A stretch of DNA of 64,000 bases, taken from Callorhinchus milii (taxonomy: Eukaryota). Position numbers and translations under genes: made by a program. The DNA lies in NCBI RefSeq assembly GCF_018977255.1, contig NW_024704751.1, positions 15,872,001 through 15,936,000 of the forward strand. Direction: 5' to 3'. How positions within the stretch are numbered: position 1 is the stretch's first letter; each line of letters begins with the position of its first letter. The notes beneath the pieces are model-generated. The model was not told where the DNA came from. It saw nothing but the letters and a program-made list of their open reading frames with translations, and searched no databases. This document shows, in pieces, positions 51,222-64,000 of this stretch.

Positions 51222-51578
51222 TATAATAGTCCTTGCATTTGATATAGCGCTTTATCACGTCGTTGAGATTTCGCAAAGCGCTTCACAGGATATGTTGTAA
51301 ACTGGATTGGCTGTGTATTTTGTGGGCAAAACGTGGCATCACAGCAGTGTCCGATAAACAGTCATGGATTGAGTGAACAGTTTTTTTTTAAAAAGGGATT
51401 ATCACCCCTGGAAAGCGATCTGCCAATCGATTAACAACAGGGTTCCTACTTATTGCTTACAGGTAAACAGAGGTATGCGGAGTAAGGAAACTTGCCTAGG
51501 GTTTCGCCCCGCCCGGGAATCGAACCCGGGTCCCCTTGCTTGTGAGGTGAGCGCGCTAACCAGTATGCTACGGGACTT
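51222..51578 (-). mobile_element. Full-length SINE, long subfamily
   Basis: Head, internal segment, Deu core and tail. Confidence 0.85.
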
Positions 51579-52474
51579 CAACAGAACCTGGACTGTGATT
51601 ACAAAGTCCCACTGTGGAACTTGAGCCCACGACCTCCCGGCCCAGGCACCTGAGAAGCTGCGCCAAGCTGAAAAGGCGAGATCGTACCATGCTGAAGCAC
51701 GTCCCTTTTCACTGTCCCGCGAGCTCGCAACACAGACTGGGTAAGAGGGGCAGATTTAGGGCAATTTTAAAGAGGAAAATCTTCTGGGAACTGGATCGGT
51801 GAGATTTTTCTGCCCCCCCACCCCCAACCCCAATATCTTTGCCGTTTGAAGCTGGAACTTCGAGTACAATATCCAGTCAGGCCAAGACACGCTTAGAGAC
51901 AAAGAGAAGGGAGATGTTACGTTCACTTGAAACACGAGCCAGGGGGTTGGGGTGGGGGGGGGTATTGAACACAGAGTTAGGGACTGATGGCTAAGTTCAT
52001 TGTCCCTTCACTTGAGTCAGTGTCAAAGGCTGAATATTTACTGCAAGTTTTCAAAGACAAAAACAGGTCAACGGGAGGGAGGGAGGGAGGGAGGGAAAGG
52101 GGGAGGGAGGGAGGGAGGGAAAGGGGGAGGCGAGGGGGAAATTTCCAGACACGCAGCAACACTGAGCTGGCAGAGGACTAATGTAATGCCTTGGATTTAA
52201 TTCCCTCCCTGACACACAGTGGGCAATGTTCGGGCCAAAATATTCTTTGTTGAAAAAAATTTTGAAGGAAGAACGTAATTGTTTTCGCCGGAATCGTAAA
52301 TAAATCCCAGAATGTTACACACTGAGTCCCATCCCCACCGTCTCTCGCCGTCTAAATCTTGTCTCGCGTTAAAAATGGTTGGTTTCAAGATAAACTTTCT
52401 TAGAAACTGCGTCACTGCCCCCATTTCACCTCCTGGAAAACGTGTGAGTTCGTTACCAGATCACGGCTTCTCAT

Positions 52475-53357
52475 CACACGCACACGCACACGCACACGCA
52501 CCCGCGCTCACCGCACGCACACGCTCACCCTCGCTCTGTCGCACTCATTCACTGCCACGCTCGCTGGGTTGCACTCACCGCTCATTCGCTGTCTTGTCAC
52601 GCTCACTGTCTGGCGCATTTACTGTGTCATTCGCTTTGTCACACTCACTCACTCACTCACTCACTCGCCGTCACGCTCACCGTGTCACACTCACTCGCTG
52701 GACACGCTCACCGTGTCACACACACACACTCACTCGCTCACTGTCACACTCACTGTGTCACACTCACTGTGTCATACTCACACTCATTCACTGTCACACT
52801 CACTTTGTCGCACTCACACTCATTCACTGTCACACTCACTGTCACCCTCACTCACTGACACACTCACTGTCACACTCACACTCACTCAGTCACACTCACT
52901 GTGTCAAACTCATTCACTGTCACACTCACTGTCACTCATTCACTATCACACTCACCTTGTCACACTCACTCAGTCCCACTCACTGTGTCATTCATTCACT
53001 ATCACACTCACTGTGTCACACTCACTCACTGACACACTCACTGTCACACTCACACTCACTCAGTCCCACTCACTGTGTCACACTCACACTCATTCACTGT
53101 CACACTCACTGTGTCACACTCACTCATTGACACACTCACTCACTCAGTCCCACTCACTGTGTCACACTGACTCACTGACACACTCACTCACTCAGTCCCA
53201 CTCACTGTGTCACACTGACTCACTGACACACTTACTGTCACACTCACACAGTCCCACTCACTGTGTCACACTCACTCACTGTCACACTCACTCACTGTCA
53301 CACTCACTCACTGTCACACTCACACTCACTCAGTCCCACTCACTGTGTCACACTCAC
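52475..53357. repeat. CACT/CTGT-rich minisatellite upstream of RPS6KA1
   Basis: Tandem variants of CACTCACTGTGTCACACT. The His/Ser/Thr ORFs here are artefacts. Confidence 0.95.
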
Positions 53358-53379
53358 CCCCCCCCCCCCCCCACACCCT

Positions 53380-53654
53380 CTCCCCCGCGGGTCACTGCCG
53401 CACGTATTCACAGTAGAACTCACACTCAGTCGGTGTCAGACTCACACCCGTCCGTCCTCCCGCATTTCAGTGTCAGTCACACTCTCTCACTATTGGTCTC
53501 GGGCTCCGGGTGTCAGACGCCGGGGCGGCGCCGCTGACGGTATTACGCACCGAGAGCCGGAGACAGAGTCCGCGGCTCCTCTCTCCCTCTCACACACACA
53601 CACAGAGAGAGAGAGAGCATCAGCACCGGGACCGGGACCGGGAGAGAGAGAGAG

Positions 53655-53691
<37 letters not shown>

Positions 53692-53850
53692 CGGAGAGCA
53701 GCACCGAGACAGCGGGAGACGCACAGCGCCCGGAGCGCGCGCACCGCACACCGGACACCGCACACTATGCCGCTCGCTCACCTCGCAGCCCCGTGGCCCA
53801 AACTGGACCTGGTGCCGGTGGAGACAGAGGTAAAGACCCCCCGGGGGTCC
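53380..53850 (+). promoter_or_regulatory. CpG island / promoter of RPS6KA1
   Basis: CpG-dense, with a GGGGCGG box and a TGACG half-CRE around 53535; surrounds the first coding exon. Confidence 0.6.
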
Positions 53851-56800
53851 TGTGGGGGGGGGAGAGAGGGGGAGAGGGGGGAGAGGGGGGAGACGGACAC
53901 AGAGAGGACGAGAGAGAAAGACGGAGACGGAAGAGAGAACAGAGAGAGTGACACAGAGAGAGGCAAAGAGGGAGTGGGAGTGGGAGGGGGTGAGGGGGTT
54001 GGGGTGAGGGGGGTGTGGGGAGGGGGTGAGGGGTGTGGGATGGGGTGTGGGGAGGGGGTGAGGGGGGGTGTGGGGAGGGGTGAGGGGGGTGGGGAGGGGG
54101 TGAGGGGGTGTGGGGAGGGGTGAGGGGTGTGGGAGGGGGTGAGGGTGATGTGGGGGGGTGGGGGTGTGGGGAGGGGGTGAGGGGGTGTGGGGAGGGGTGA
54201 GGGTGGTGTGGTGGGGGTGAGGGGGTGTGGGGAGGGGGTGAGGGGGTGTGGGGAGGGGGTGAGGGTGGTGTGGTGGGGTGAGGGGGTGTGGGAGAGGGTG
54301 AGGGGATTGGGGTGAGGGGGTTGGAGTGAGCGGGGTGTGGGGAGGGAGTGAGGGGGTTGGGTGAGGGGGGTGTGGGGAGAGGGTGAGGGGGTTGGGGTGA
54401 GGGGGTGTGGGGAGAGGGTGAGGGGGTTGGGGTGAGGGGGTGTGGGGAGAGGGTGAGGGGGTTGGGGTGAGGGGGTTGGGGTGAGGGGGTGTGGGGAGGG
54501 GGTGAGGGGGTTGGGGTGAGGGGGTGTGGGGAGGGGGTGAGGGGGGTGTGGGGAGGGGGTGAGGGGGTGTGGGGAGGGGGTGAGGGGGTTGGGGTGAGGG
54601 GGTGTGGGGAGGGGGTGAGGACCCGAGGAGAGGCAGAGAGGGGGAGAAGGGGGAGCTGTTCCTGACACATTCCCAGTGACCAGAGGTAACATTACCCGGA
54701 AAGACAGGTCAACTGTTTGCAAATCANNNNNNNNNNNNNNNNNNNNNNNNNNNNNNNNNNNNNNNNNNNNNNNNNNNNNNNNNNNNNNNNNNNNNNNNNN
54801 NNNNNNNNNNNNNNNNNNNNNNNNNNNNNNNNNNNNNNNNNNNNNNNNNNNNNNNNNNNNNNNNNNNNNNNNNNNNNNNNNNNNNNNNNNNNNNNNNNNN
54901 NNNNNNNNNNNNNNNNNNNNNNNNNNNNNNNNNNNNNNNNNNNNNNNNNNNNNNNNNNNNNNNNNNNNNNNNNNNNNNNNNNNNNNNNNNNNNNNNNNNN
55001 NNNNNNNNNNNNNNNNNNNNNNNNNNNNNNNNNNNNNNNNNNNNNNNNNNNNNNNNNNNNNNNNNNNNNNNNNNNNNNNNNNNNNNNNNNNNNNNNNNNN
55101 NNNNNNNNNNNNNNNNNNNNNNNNNNNNNNNNNNNNNGAATGTGCAGTTTCAGGAGACACAATCATCAGGGGGTGAAATCTTCTCGCTGTGTGATTTCGG
55201 NNNNNNNNNNNNNNNNNNNNNNNNNNNNNNNNNNNNNNNNNNNNNNNNNNNNNNNNNNNNNNNNNNNNNNNNNNNNNNNNNNNNNNNNNNNNNNNNNNNN
55301 NNNNNNNNNNNNNNNNNNNNNNNNNNNNNNNNNNNNNNNNNNNNNNTGCTTTGCAGTGTGTGGCATGAAGTTACTAGGGCTGTCCTTGATCTAAATGATA
55401 AATGAGCCTGAAAATGATCTTTCTGTGTTATTTTTTTTTAAAAATGTGAAGTTGAAATGCAAAAAAGCAAGAGCTGTGGGGAGAGGAATACAGCGATCTG
55501 AAATAAAACCAAGTAACGTTGGTGCTGTCTTGACGTCAATCAAGAAACCCCAAAGTTTGGGGGAAAAAAATCTTAATTAGGAAGTTTAATTCTATAAAAA
55601 TACACAATACTCAAGACTGAGGTGGATGGGTTTTGTTAGCTAAGGGTATCAAGGGATATGGGGCAAAGGCGGGTAAATTGAGTTGAGTTATAGATCAGCA
55701 ATGATCTTCTATCTAATAGGATGGCAGAACAGGCTGAAGGGTATATTCCTGTGTCCCTATGCTCATCTCCCATTTGGTTCAGTGCATGTAACATGGAGAA
55801 ACGCCTCAAAGTGCTTCACAGGGATTTGCTGGCGAGTGCAGTGACTGTACTGTGTGGTTATTGGCAACGCAAAGCCATGAAAGTGGATGAACCATTGTTT
55901 TAGGAATCTCTGGGGAGAGGACACATGGGAGAATCACCCTTGTCAAACCTTCGCTTCTCCTCAGATGTTGATTAACTAACTAAAGTCAGTTTCCATCTGG
56001 TTATTTTTTTGAACAAAAAGACTGCTGGTTCCGAACTCAGTGTATCCTGCCCTTCCTTGGGCTTCGGTGGGGTTAATGTCATTGGGAATCCACACTGGAT
56101 CCTGATGACCACCAATTTGTTGGGAGTGTTTTTTCTTTCTGCTGATGTTTCCTGCGGTCGTGTCCTCTGCTCAAGTTGCTGAGTCAGGGTTTCACCGAGT
56201 GCCATCTGGGAGCTTGCTGGAGTGGTTGTACCCAGTCTGTCAGCCCAGACCCCAGACAGCGAGTGTGGACATCAGGCTTGGCTGTGAGGTGAGCAGTTAA
56301 GCTGAATGCCCACATATGTCCATCCTCGGTTCACAGGGGGAGAGGGTTGGGGGTGGGGGGGGGGGGGAGAGACATACCTGCTGTCCTTGCTTTGATGATT
56401 TAAAGCAACACAGAGCAGGATTCAAATGCATTATACTTTATATTGTGCGAAGCGCTTTGAGACGTCTCAAAGACGTGATAAGGCGCTGTATCAAATGCCA
56501 GTATTATTATAATACTGTATGTGTAATTCTGTGTAACCTCATGGGCAGTGCTGTTACCCTGCTCGACAATAGAGGGCGATCAGGGAACAAATTTAATTAA
56601 TAATAGACTTTTTACATTTATGTTTTTAAAATCAGGAATGTTCTTTGCCCGAGGCAGGGTTTACCCTGCGCTCACTCGAGCTATTGGCCAACAGTATAGA
56701 GCTTGTGCTGGACTGAAACAATTAGCTATCAGATCAGCTCAGCTCAGTCAGTCGCACTCTCGACTCTGGGTCAAGAAGGTTGTAGTTTCAAGTTCCACGG

Positions 56801-59272
56801 CGGGACTTTGAGATTGCTGTAGTCCAGTACTGGGGGGTTTGGTGGGGGGGAAACTCCACTGTAGGAGACTCTGGCCCCTAAATGAGATGTTAAACTGAAG
56901 CACCGTCTGTCAGTTCAGGAAGGATGTTAAAGATCCTATGATTCTTTTGGACAAGAGAAGTGTCTCCCGGTGTCCTGGCCAACGATGGCTTTGTGGCTGT
57001 TTGCAGGGCTTTTGTCGAGGGCAAATTGGCAGCTGCGTTTCTCCACAAATCACAGAACCACCTCTCAGCCAAAAGGTGGCACCTCCAATAATTGTGGTGA
57101 TCCCTCCAGCACTGAACTGGAGTGTCAGCCAAGGTCCTAACATGGAACCCACAGCCGTCTGATCCTGAGGAGAATGTGTGAGCGACTGAGCCAGGATGGC
57201 AAATAGTGATCATTTGGTTTTGTGCCTACAATATCAAAATGTCTGCAAGCACTTTACAGGGAATTGCTGTCAAGTGTAGTGACTATGTGCTAACATGGCA
57301 GCCAGTGCGTGCAGGGCAACATCCCATACATAGCTGTGAAGTGAGTGACTTGTTTATCTGGAGGATTGCTGGCCTCTCTATGTGTTTGTGTGTGTATGAG
57401 TGTACGTATATATGTGCCTGTGCGTGTATACCCATGTATAGTAAACACCTGATAAGTCATCATTCCAAGAGAGACTGGCTCAGTGACAAGTTATCCAGAG
57501 AGGCATATGTATAAATACGTAAACAAATAAAAGAAGAATGCTAACAGCATGATGACTTAAGTAGTAGTGACCAGTTAAGCCAGGATTGAGTTAACAGGAG
57601 TTTACTCTATAGACATAAACATGCAGGATTGTGGGAGGGGGTGACTGCATCAAGGAGACAGAATTGCTACATTATACAGGGAATGTTTTCCTGTCTCCTA
57701 TGTAAGTGAGCAACCAGTGGGGCGGGAGGAATGAACAAATGGATATAGAGTGTTAAAAGACTGAAATGGAATCGGCAACCTCCTGGGAGCGGAGGAGAAA
57801 TCGGATCGTGAGGAAGGCTTGGCTCGGAGCGGTGCTCAGTGTTGCTGTAAATCACCTGATGCACTCTCTGTTATGTAGTATTGACCGGAATTCGATGGAA
57901 ATTGTTTCAGAATGCGAGTGTTTCACAGAGCTGGATCTGTCACCTGCGATTCTTTGATTCTTTGAGCTGACAGGAAAACGATCTCGCGAGTTTCACATAG
58001 ACCTGATGTGACACGCTGACTGTGCTGCAAATGGAGAGGGACGTGATGTGAAAGATATCCGAGGTTGAGAGGGAGTGAGCTGTTCACTTCTTCTGTGAAT
58101 CAATAAGACTATATTTTGCATTAAGAAGCTTCAGATGTTCCCGCAATCTTTACCAGAGAGACCTGTGCTAACACTAGTGGAGATCATAAAACCTCGCCAA
58201 GCATCCAGGAAAGCTTGAGTTGTGGAGTTAAAGTAACCTGGAAGAAATCCAGGCTACAGTGTTGATAAATGAGGGAGTGACAGAATTTGTGCAACCTCAC
58301 AAATGAGATGTTAAGCTTGGCAGTTTATTTTTTCTCTCTGCCTCCAGCCCTGCTATTGTCACAGTAGCTCACACCTGCCCATCTATCTGGCCCCAGGCTG
58401 GTTCTCACCAAAAACACCCGAGACCTTTTAATCCTTGGAACGGAGAACTCCAGTAGGAGAGCGAGCACCAGCACAGACACGATGGGGAGAGAGCAGGGGA
58501 ATGGGAGAGCTCCAGTGGGGGAGCGAGCACCATCTCTAACACGAAGGTTGAATAGTTCCCAATTGTGCTATAAAAGGTTTTTCTGATTCTGACGGTCACA
58601 CGTTTACAGTACGGTTGAGGGCAATGAGTCTAGAATCTAGAGGATTAATACGAACAACACTGAAAGTCCCCAAGGATAATTTGCAGGTTGGTTCTCTTGT
58701 TGCATTGTCACATTGGGAACATGAGAACGAGAGTGCAAGCGAACTGATCAAAGGGTAACCCATAAAAGCCGACGCTGGCAGCAGCTGTGTGGGAAAAATG
58801 GTTAAATCTGACTGGTTAGTTTGCATTCAACAGTCAGAAATGAACATATGGTTGAAGTTACTGACCTGGCTTCCCACCTGGCACTGACCCACTGGGTAAC
58901 GCAGGAAGCCTTCTGATTTCATCAGCCTGCATCTGTACGTGTGTGTATGTGTGTTCTCTTGCTCGGGCACACAGCTGTCTTTACAGGGATTGAAGTTAAC
59001 ATCTAGGGGGGTACATATTTTAGCACTGTCCAGCTAAATATTTCATGGAATGTTTTGGTATAGGATGCTTCAGTGCCTTGGGATGTCCTTCCGACGCGAA
59101 AGGCGCTAAATAAGTGCAAGTTATTGTTGTGTGCATCATCCTGGCAGGTGGGTTGCATTGCTTGCTGGTGGCTGGTGCTTGTCACTGAATGTTTAATCCT
59201 GTTCTTTATTCTCTCTTCATTTTACAGAATGGACAAGGAGGCACAGAGGAAAGTGCAGACCCTACAGTTCAG
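53767..59272 (+). CDS. RPS6KA1: Ribosomal protein S6 kinase alpha-1 (RSK1), coding exons 1-2 only; the gene continues past the window
   Basis: Exon 53767-53829 encodes [21 protein letters not shown] then GTAAAG (63 nt; human MPLAQLKEPWPLMELVPLDPE, recalled). Exon 59228-59272 encodes [15 protein letters not shown] then GTACTG (45 nt; human NGQTSGEEAGLQPSK) after a polypyrimidine-CAG acceptor. No kinase exons were seen in the window. Confidence 0.85.
53970..54620. repeat. G-rich minisatellite (GGGGTGAGGGGGTGTGGGGAG) in RPS6KA1 intron 1
   Basis: Directly visible tandem array. Confidence 0.95.
54727..55137. other. Assembly gap (N run)
   Basis: 411 Ns. Confidence 1.
55201..55346. other. Assembly gap (N run)
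   Basis: 146 Ns. Confidence 1.
55610..55762 (+). mobile_element. CR1-type LINE 3' end
   Basis: Homologous to the 23029-23231 fragment. Confidence 0.65.
57766..57846 (+). CDS. Candidate alternative first coding exon of RPS6KA1 ([27 protein letters not shown])
   Basis: Strong Kozak gaaATGG, upstream GC box GGGGCGGG at about 57719, and a phase-0 donor GCT|GTAAAT compatible with the phase-0 exon at 59228. Confidence 0.45.
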
Positions 59273-61393
59273 GTACTGATCATCAGTGCTGGCATCCAGA
59301 ACGGGACTTTAATTGGGTGTGTGTGTGTGCGTACATGTGTGTAGGTGGGTTTGGGGGGGAGTGGGGAATGTTGAGCAGAGCCGTAACCCTGTTCACCCAC
59401 AAATGCACAGTTACTCCATTTCACAGTACATACCACTTAGGGTTGTCCTTCCAATGTGGGCACTACATCAAATGCAAGGATTATTATTGTTATTTCATGT
59501 GTGTCGTGATGCCGAATGAGAGTTTTTGTTATTAATAATAATAATCCTTGCATTTGATACAACGCCTTATCATGCCGTTGAGACCTCTCAAAGCGCTTTG
59601 CGGGATACCCTGTAGAGAGACCAATTTGTACTTTGTAGGGTTTTTAACTAGACAGGAGGCGGCATTTACGGATGATTGTTGCTAACAGATGGCTTGAAAA
59701 CCCAGGGAAATATGATGATATTTGGAGTGACATTTCATACCAGAAAATCCAACGTGACCACATCACCCCACAGCTGCGAAGCTGCCCGGCGGAAGTAAAT
59801 GCGGATTCCAAATGTTCTTTAGGATCTTTACAAGTGAGGTCTGCTTTTCCAGCAGAATATGTGGGATTATAGGCTATTAATTGCTGAACACTGCTTACCA
59901 TCTCACCCACGCTTTGTGTTACAACGCGGTCTTAATTACGGAATCCTTGCATTTTTTCTCTAGAGGACGGAACGCAACACCTTGCACTCACACATGCCCT
60001 GCACATAGGACAGTATCTCGGAGCGCCTCACAGTGGTGGGGGGTCACACACCGAGTTGGGGGGGGGGGGAGAGAGGGTGGGGAGGGGAAGGATTACTGAA
60101 TAAGACGGTGCTGTGAATAGAGGTTATTTTTCAGAGATCCCCCCACCACACGCGTGTCATCCACCTTGCACTATGACAGCGATTCTGCAGCACACAATAG
60201 GAAGAGCTTATTTAAAAGTCTCAATTGACGTAAACGATGAGCTTTTATGCATTTGTGAGCCACTAAAATATCTCAGACTGACATTGTGTTGCCGCTGCAA
60301 TGTCTCCTGTGTTCTTAGGGCCGTGAAATCTCTGAGTAAGCCATGACCCCGAGTTTGCTCGCAAACGTGTTTAGGTTTGTCAAGCTTCAGGCTGGTTTAC
60401 TGTAACCTGGGCCCAGATTAAACAATGTATTTGCAATATAAACTGTGATAATACTACCATTCAGTCAAGCTGGTATGGGTGACCGCTGTGGATTGTCGAG
60501 TGTTTTATACTCTGGCCCCTGTAAGTGACGGACTGATCACTGCATTAAACACACAGGTTATCAGAACATTCGTAGATTCATAGAATGTTACGGTACAGAA
60601 GGAGGCCATTTGGCCCATTGAGTCTGTGCGGCTCTTTGACAGAGCAAGTCACTTTCACTAACCCCAATCACCAGCTTTCTCCCCATAACCCTGCAACCCC
60701 GTCTTCCCCAGATACCTATCCAGTTCTCTCTTTGTCACTAGTGGTTGTTTGATGCTGAAGCCATAAAAAGGAATTGGAGTAGAGAGCTCCAGTGACGGAA
60801 TGAGCACCAGCACCGACATGATGGGGAGAGAGCAGGGATTTAGAATGGAGAGCTCCAGGATATTCTCGATGGGCTGAATGGCATTGCTTTGTGCTGTAAT
60901 TGCTATGACACTGTAGCACACTCACATAATATCTGTCTAATGTGCAATTTACAATCTGACAAGCTCGCAAGTCACTCATGAGTGTAAAAGGAATGAGAGC
61001 TTTGATTCCGATGATGTAATGCTCTGCGTCCCACTCGCTGGCGGCCAGGACTATACAGTCCTGGAGAGCCCATTATCACTAATGCACAGGCATTAATATT
61101 GGAGGATGTTGCTGGGTAATTTTAAACGGTGCCAGAGCCCTGTTTATCGACTGCTGCTCAGTAACGTTCCTACACGCTGTTTCCCTCCTGTAATGCCATC
61201 CCAGCGGCAAGGAGTATATCGTTGTGGTTCTTGCAGAGATTCGCAAGAAAGGTATCTCTAAACCAGAGATCGATGACTACAGAACAATTAGCCTGATTTA
61301 AACATTGATAATCCCGTCCTGTGCTGCCTTGCCCATATATATCGCCAGAGATAGCTTTTTAAAAACATAAGTTAGCTCAGGAATTTGTGAGTC

Positions 61394-61602
61394 ATAATAA
61401 TAATAATAATAATCCTTGCATTTGATACAGCGCTTTTCACGTCGGGAGGACGTCCCAAAGCGCTTCACAGAACACACTGTAAAGTGAATTGACTGTATAT
61501 TTGTGGGCGAACGCGGCAGCCAATTGCGCACAGCAATGTCCCACAAACAGTCGTAGGTTGAAAATGACCAATTTATTATTGTTTTTGGTTTTGGAGGGAT
61601 TA
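61394..61602 (-). mobile_element. SINE, young subfamily, 5'-truncated
   Basis: Near-identical to the 3' part of the 14525 copy. Confidence 0.88.
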
Positions 61603-61774
61603 TGATTTGGAGTCATTTTCACTTGTGCACACGCACACTATACAAAGTCATAAACACAAAGCATAGACACACACACACACTTACTAACTCTCTCACGCAC
61701 ACAGCACAAAGGCTCCTTTAAAGATCTGTGGAAACCCTGCTTCTGTATTAAGACAATTTTCCCACAATTTCAGA

Positions 61775-61995
61775 ATTTAGGAACAGGAATAGGCCATTCA
61801 GCCCATCAAACCTGTTGCGCCATTCTATTAGATCATTGCTGATCTGCACCTCAGCTCACACTGACCTGCTCCATATCCCTTGATACTCTTACCTCACCAA
61901 AATCTATCCACCTCTGTCTGGAAAATTTTAATTGATACAACAACCTTTTGAAGGAGGGAGAGAGTTCCAGATATTCCACCATCCGTTGTGTGAAA
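61775..61995 (-). mobile_element. CR1-type LINE 3' end
   Basis: Reverse-complement match to the 23029 and 55610 fragments. Confidence 0.65.
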
Positions 61996-62385
61996 ATTTA
62001 AACCTTTTTTTAAAAAAAATTGCGACCATAAAGTCTCGCAGGCTAAAACCAGGTAGAATTTCGGATGTGGTCAGGTGATTGCACACAGGCCTGCCGGCTG
62101 GTGTGAGCGCTGTAATGTTGTGTAATCCTCGGAGCCTGTCTGCACAAGTCGTGGGGAATGTTTTCCGTGCTTGGCTGAGTATTGAGGAATGTTGAGCGAG
62201 CGCAGAGCAGGGGGCCCAGGGCGCAGGTGCTCTCAGCTAACACTCGACACTCATGTGTGATTCACTCTGCTCAAGATATCAATCTGTGCATTTACTGGAA
62301 AGTGTGGTAACTCTTGTGTTAAGTAACTCTTGTGTCTTCCCTATTCCAACCCCTTCCCCAGTTACCATGCTGTAACATTCCTTGG

Positions 62386-62585
62386 TTAATAATCCCTCCC
62401 GTTCCCCCCCAAAAAAAAGTGGTCACTCAATCCGCTGTTTGTGGGACACTGCTGTGGCAATTGGCCTGCTACGTTTCATCCACTAAACACACAGTCAATC
62501 CACTTCACAATATATTCTGTGAAGTGCTTTGACATGTCTCAAAGACGTGATAGGCGCTATATCAAATGCAAGTATCATTATTATT
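62386..62585 (+). mobile_element. SINE 3' half
   Basis: Deu core and tail. Confidence 0.78.
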
Positions 62586-63833
62586 TCCCACCATCCCCTC
62601 GAGCCGTCGCTGGATAGATTATTTGCTGCATTTGTGCCTCTCCCCCCCCACCTCTTCCACCCTCCCCACCAGTAACACTGACTTTGGTTTCAATTGATCT
62701 TGTTTAGCAAAAGGCCAATTTCTTTTGTATGACAGACGCTGTGTAAACACAAGTACTTGTTTTCAATCTCCCGACCAGATCCTTTTCCCTTTCCTCTGCT
62801 GGATGTTGAAATGTAGCCACATTCCGGTGCAGATGAGTAACACCTACGGAATGCAAGACCTTTTCCAAGTGTCCTGGCTTTGTCTCGAACATCCAAAAAC
62901 ATATGTAACTCTGACTATCTTTGCAACACCCACAAAACACAGTCTCTCAACTTTACAGTAAATCCCGTGAACTGCTTTGAGATATCCTCCTGATGTGCAA
63001 GGTGCTGTACCAAATGTAAAGATTATTATTACTTTGGGCCGGAGGTGGATTTAATGTGCCTTTGTCGTATGGTGGCCGTCTGTACTGGCTGTGTTGTTGC
63101 AACAACCTGTCGGGATCTAATCGCCAGCGAAGCTTTAAACGCATCTCAGAATTGGACAGGTAGTCACTCGCTCTTACCACTGGCAAAGGGACCTCATTAC
63201 GTCTACTTCACGGGATGCAACTCTGACAATATATCACTCTTCTTCCCCCACCCCCACCCCCCCCGCTCTCCCCTCCCCACCGCCAACACTGCGTCAGCTC
63301 TTAATGTCCTGATGTGGGACACGCTGACTCAGAGACGAGTGTGCTTCCAACAGACTGATACCTTAAGTTAGATGGGTAATAATGATGGTCCTCGAATGGT
63401 GTCTGGTTTCTCTGCACTATAACAGCTACTGACTGCGGCTGATGCCTTTCTGTGTTCAGCCCACATCGTTAGCTCTGGAGAGGGCTGTGATTACGCCCTC
63501 AGTAATGTAGCCTTTGGAGGCTTATGGGTGTTTACTTTGTCATGTCTGAGGGTATCCTTTGTAATTTGACCCTCCTGACAATGTGCAAACACACACAGTG
63601 GCGTTTTATTAAGCTGGTACACGCCTCTCTCCATGGCTAATCCGAGTCACTGAGCCAGCACACACGCAAAAGGCTGCGGACGTTCACAGGGTCTTCTGCT
63701 GAGTGAAGCCAGGCAAAAGATGGTGTTTGTCACACCATGACCATGACATTGCAACGTCTCAAAGGCATTTGGCTGTAATTAGCATTAAGTGTAATGCTGG
63801 GCATTGTGTATAACGCGCCTGGTGTTAAAAAAA

Positions 63834-64000
63834 TAATAATAATTTAGTCACTCAATCCACGACTGTTTGTGGGACACTGCTGTGCGCAATCGGCTGCCAC
63901 ATTTCGCCCCAAAAATGCGCAGTCAGTCCTTTATTTTACAGTCTATTCTGTGAAGGGCTTTGAGACATTTCAACAACGTGATAAGCACTATATCAAATGC
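63834..64000 (+). mobile_element. SINE 3' half
   Basis: Deu core and tail running to the window edge. Confidence 0.78.

Noticed and set aside
52312-54670. ORFs of 270-460 aa rich in His/Ser/Thr or Pro
   Set aside because: They are minisatellite and N-gap artefacts; only 53767-53829 is coding.
61106-61256. Short ORF ending at a GT donor in an RPS6KA1 intron
   Set aside because: The donor is phase 2, whereas the next RSK1 exon must start in phase 0, and there is no recognisable homology.

Overview
Vertebrate genomic DNA. The SINE and LINE content points to a cartilaginous fish, possibly a chimaera; this is inference. I reconstructed five protein-coding genes by hand from splice sites and reading-frame phases. 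They are a claudin-23-like gene with an intronless CDS (+, 6515-7108), CATSPER4 (-, 11 exons, 8451-16828), CNKSR1 (-, 21 coding exons, 18576-33587), a cytosolic Hsp70 with two CDS introns and an HSE/TATA promoter (+, 37530-41855), and the first exons of RPS6KA1/RSK1 (+, from 53767, continuing beyond the window). The rest is mostly copies of a tRNA-derived Deu-type SINE, L2/CR1 LINE 3' fragments, G-rich and CACT-rich minisatellites, and two assembly gaps. The most notable observations are the Hsp70 (structurally between HSPA8 and the intronless inducible HSP70s), a CatSper4 S4 with four basic residues, a CLDN23 paralog beside CATSPER4, the head-to-head CNKSR-RSK arrangement, and a candidate alternative RSK1 first exon. 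I found no convincing wholly new biological system. Comparisons with human genes are from memory and were not checked against databases.
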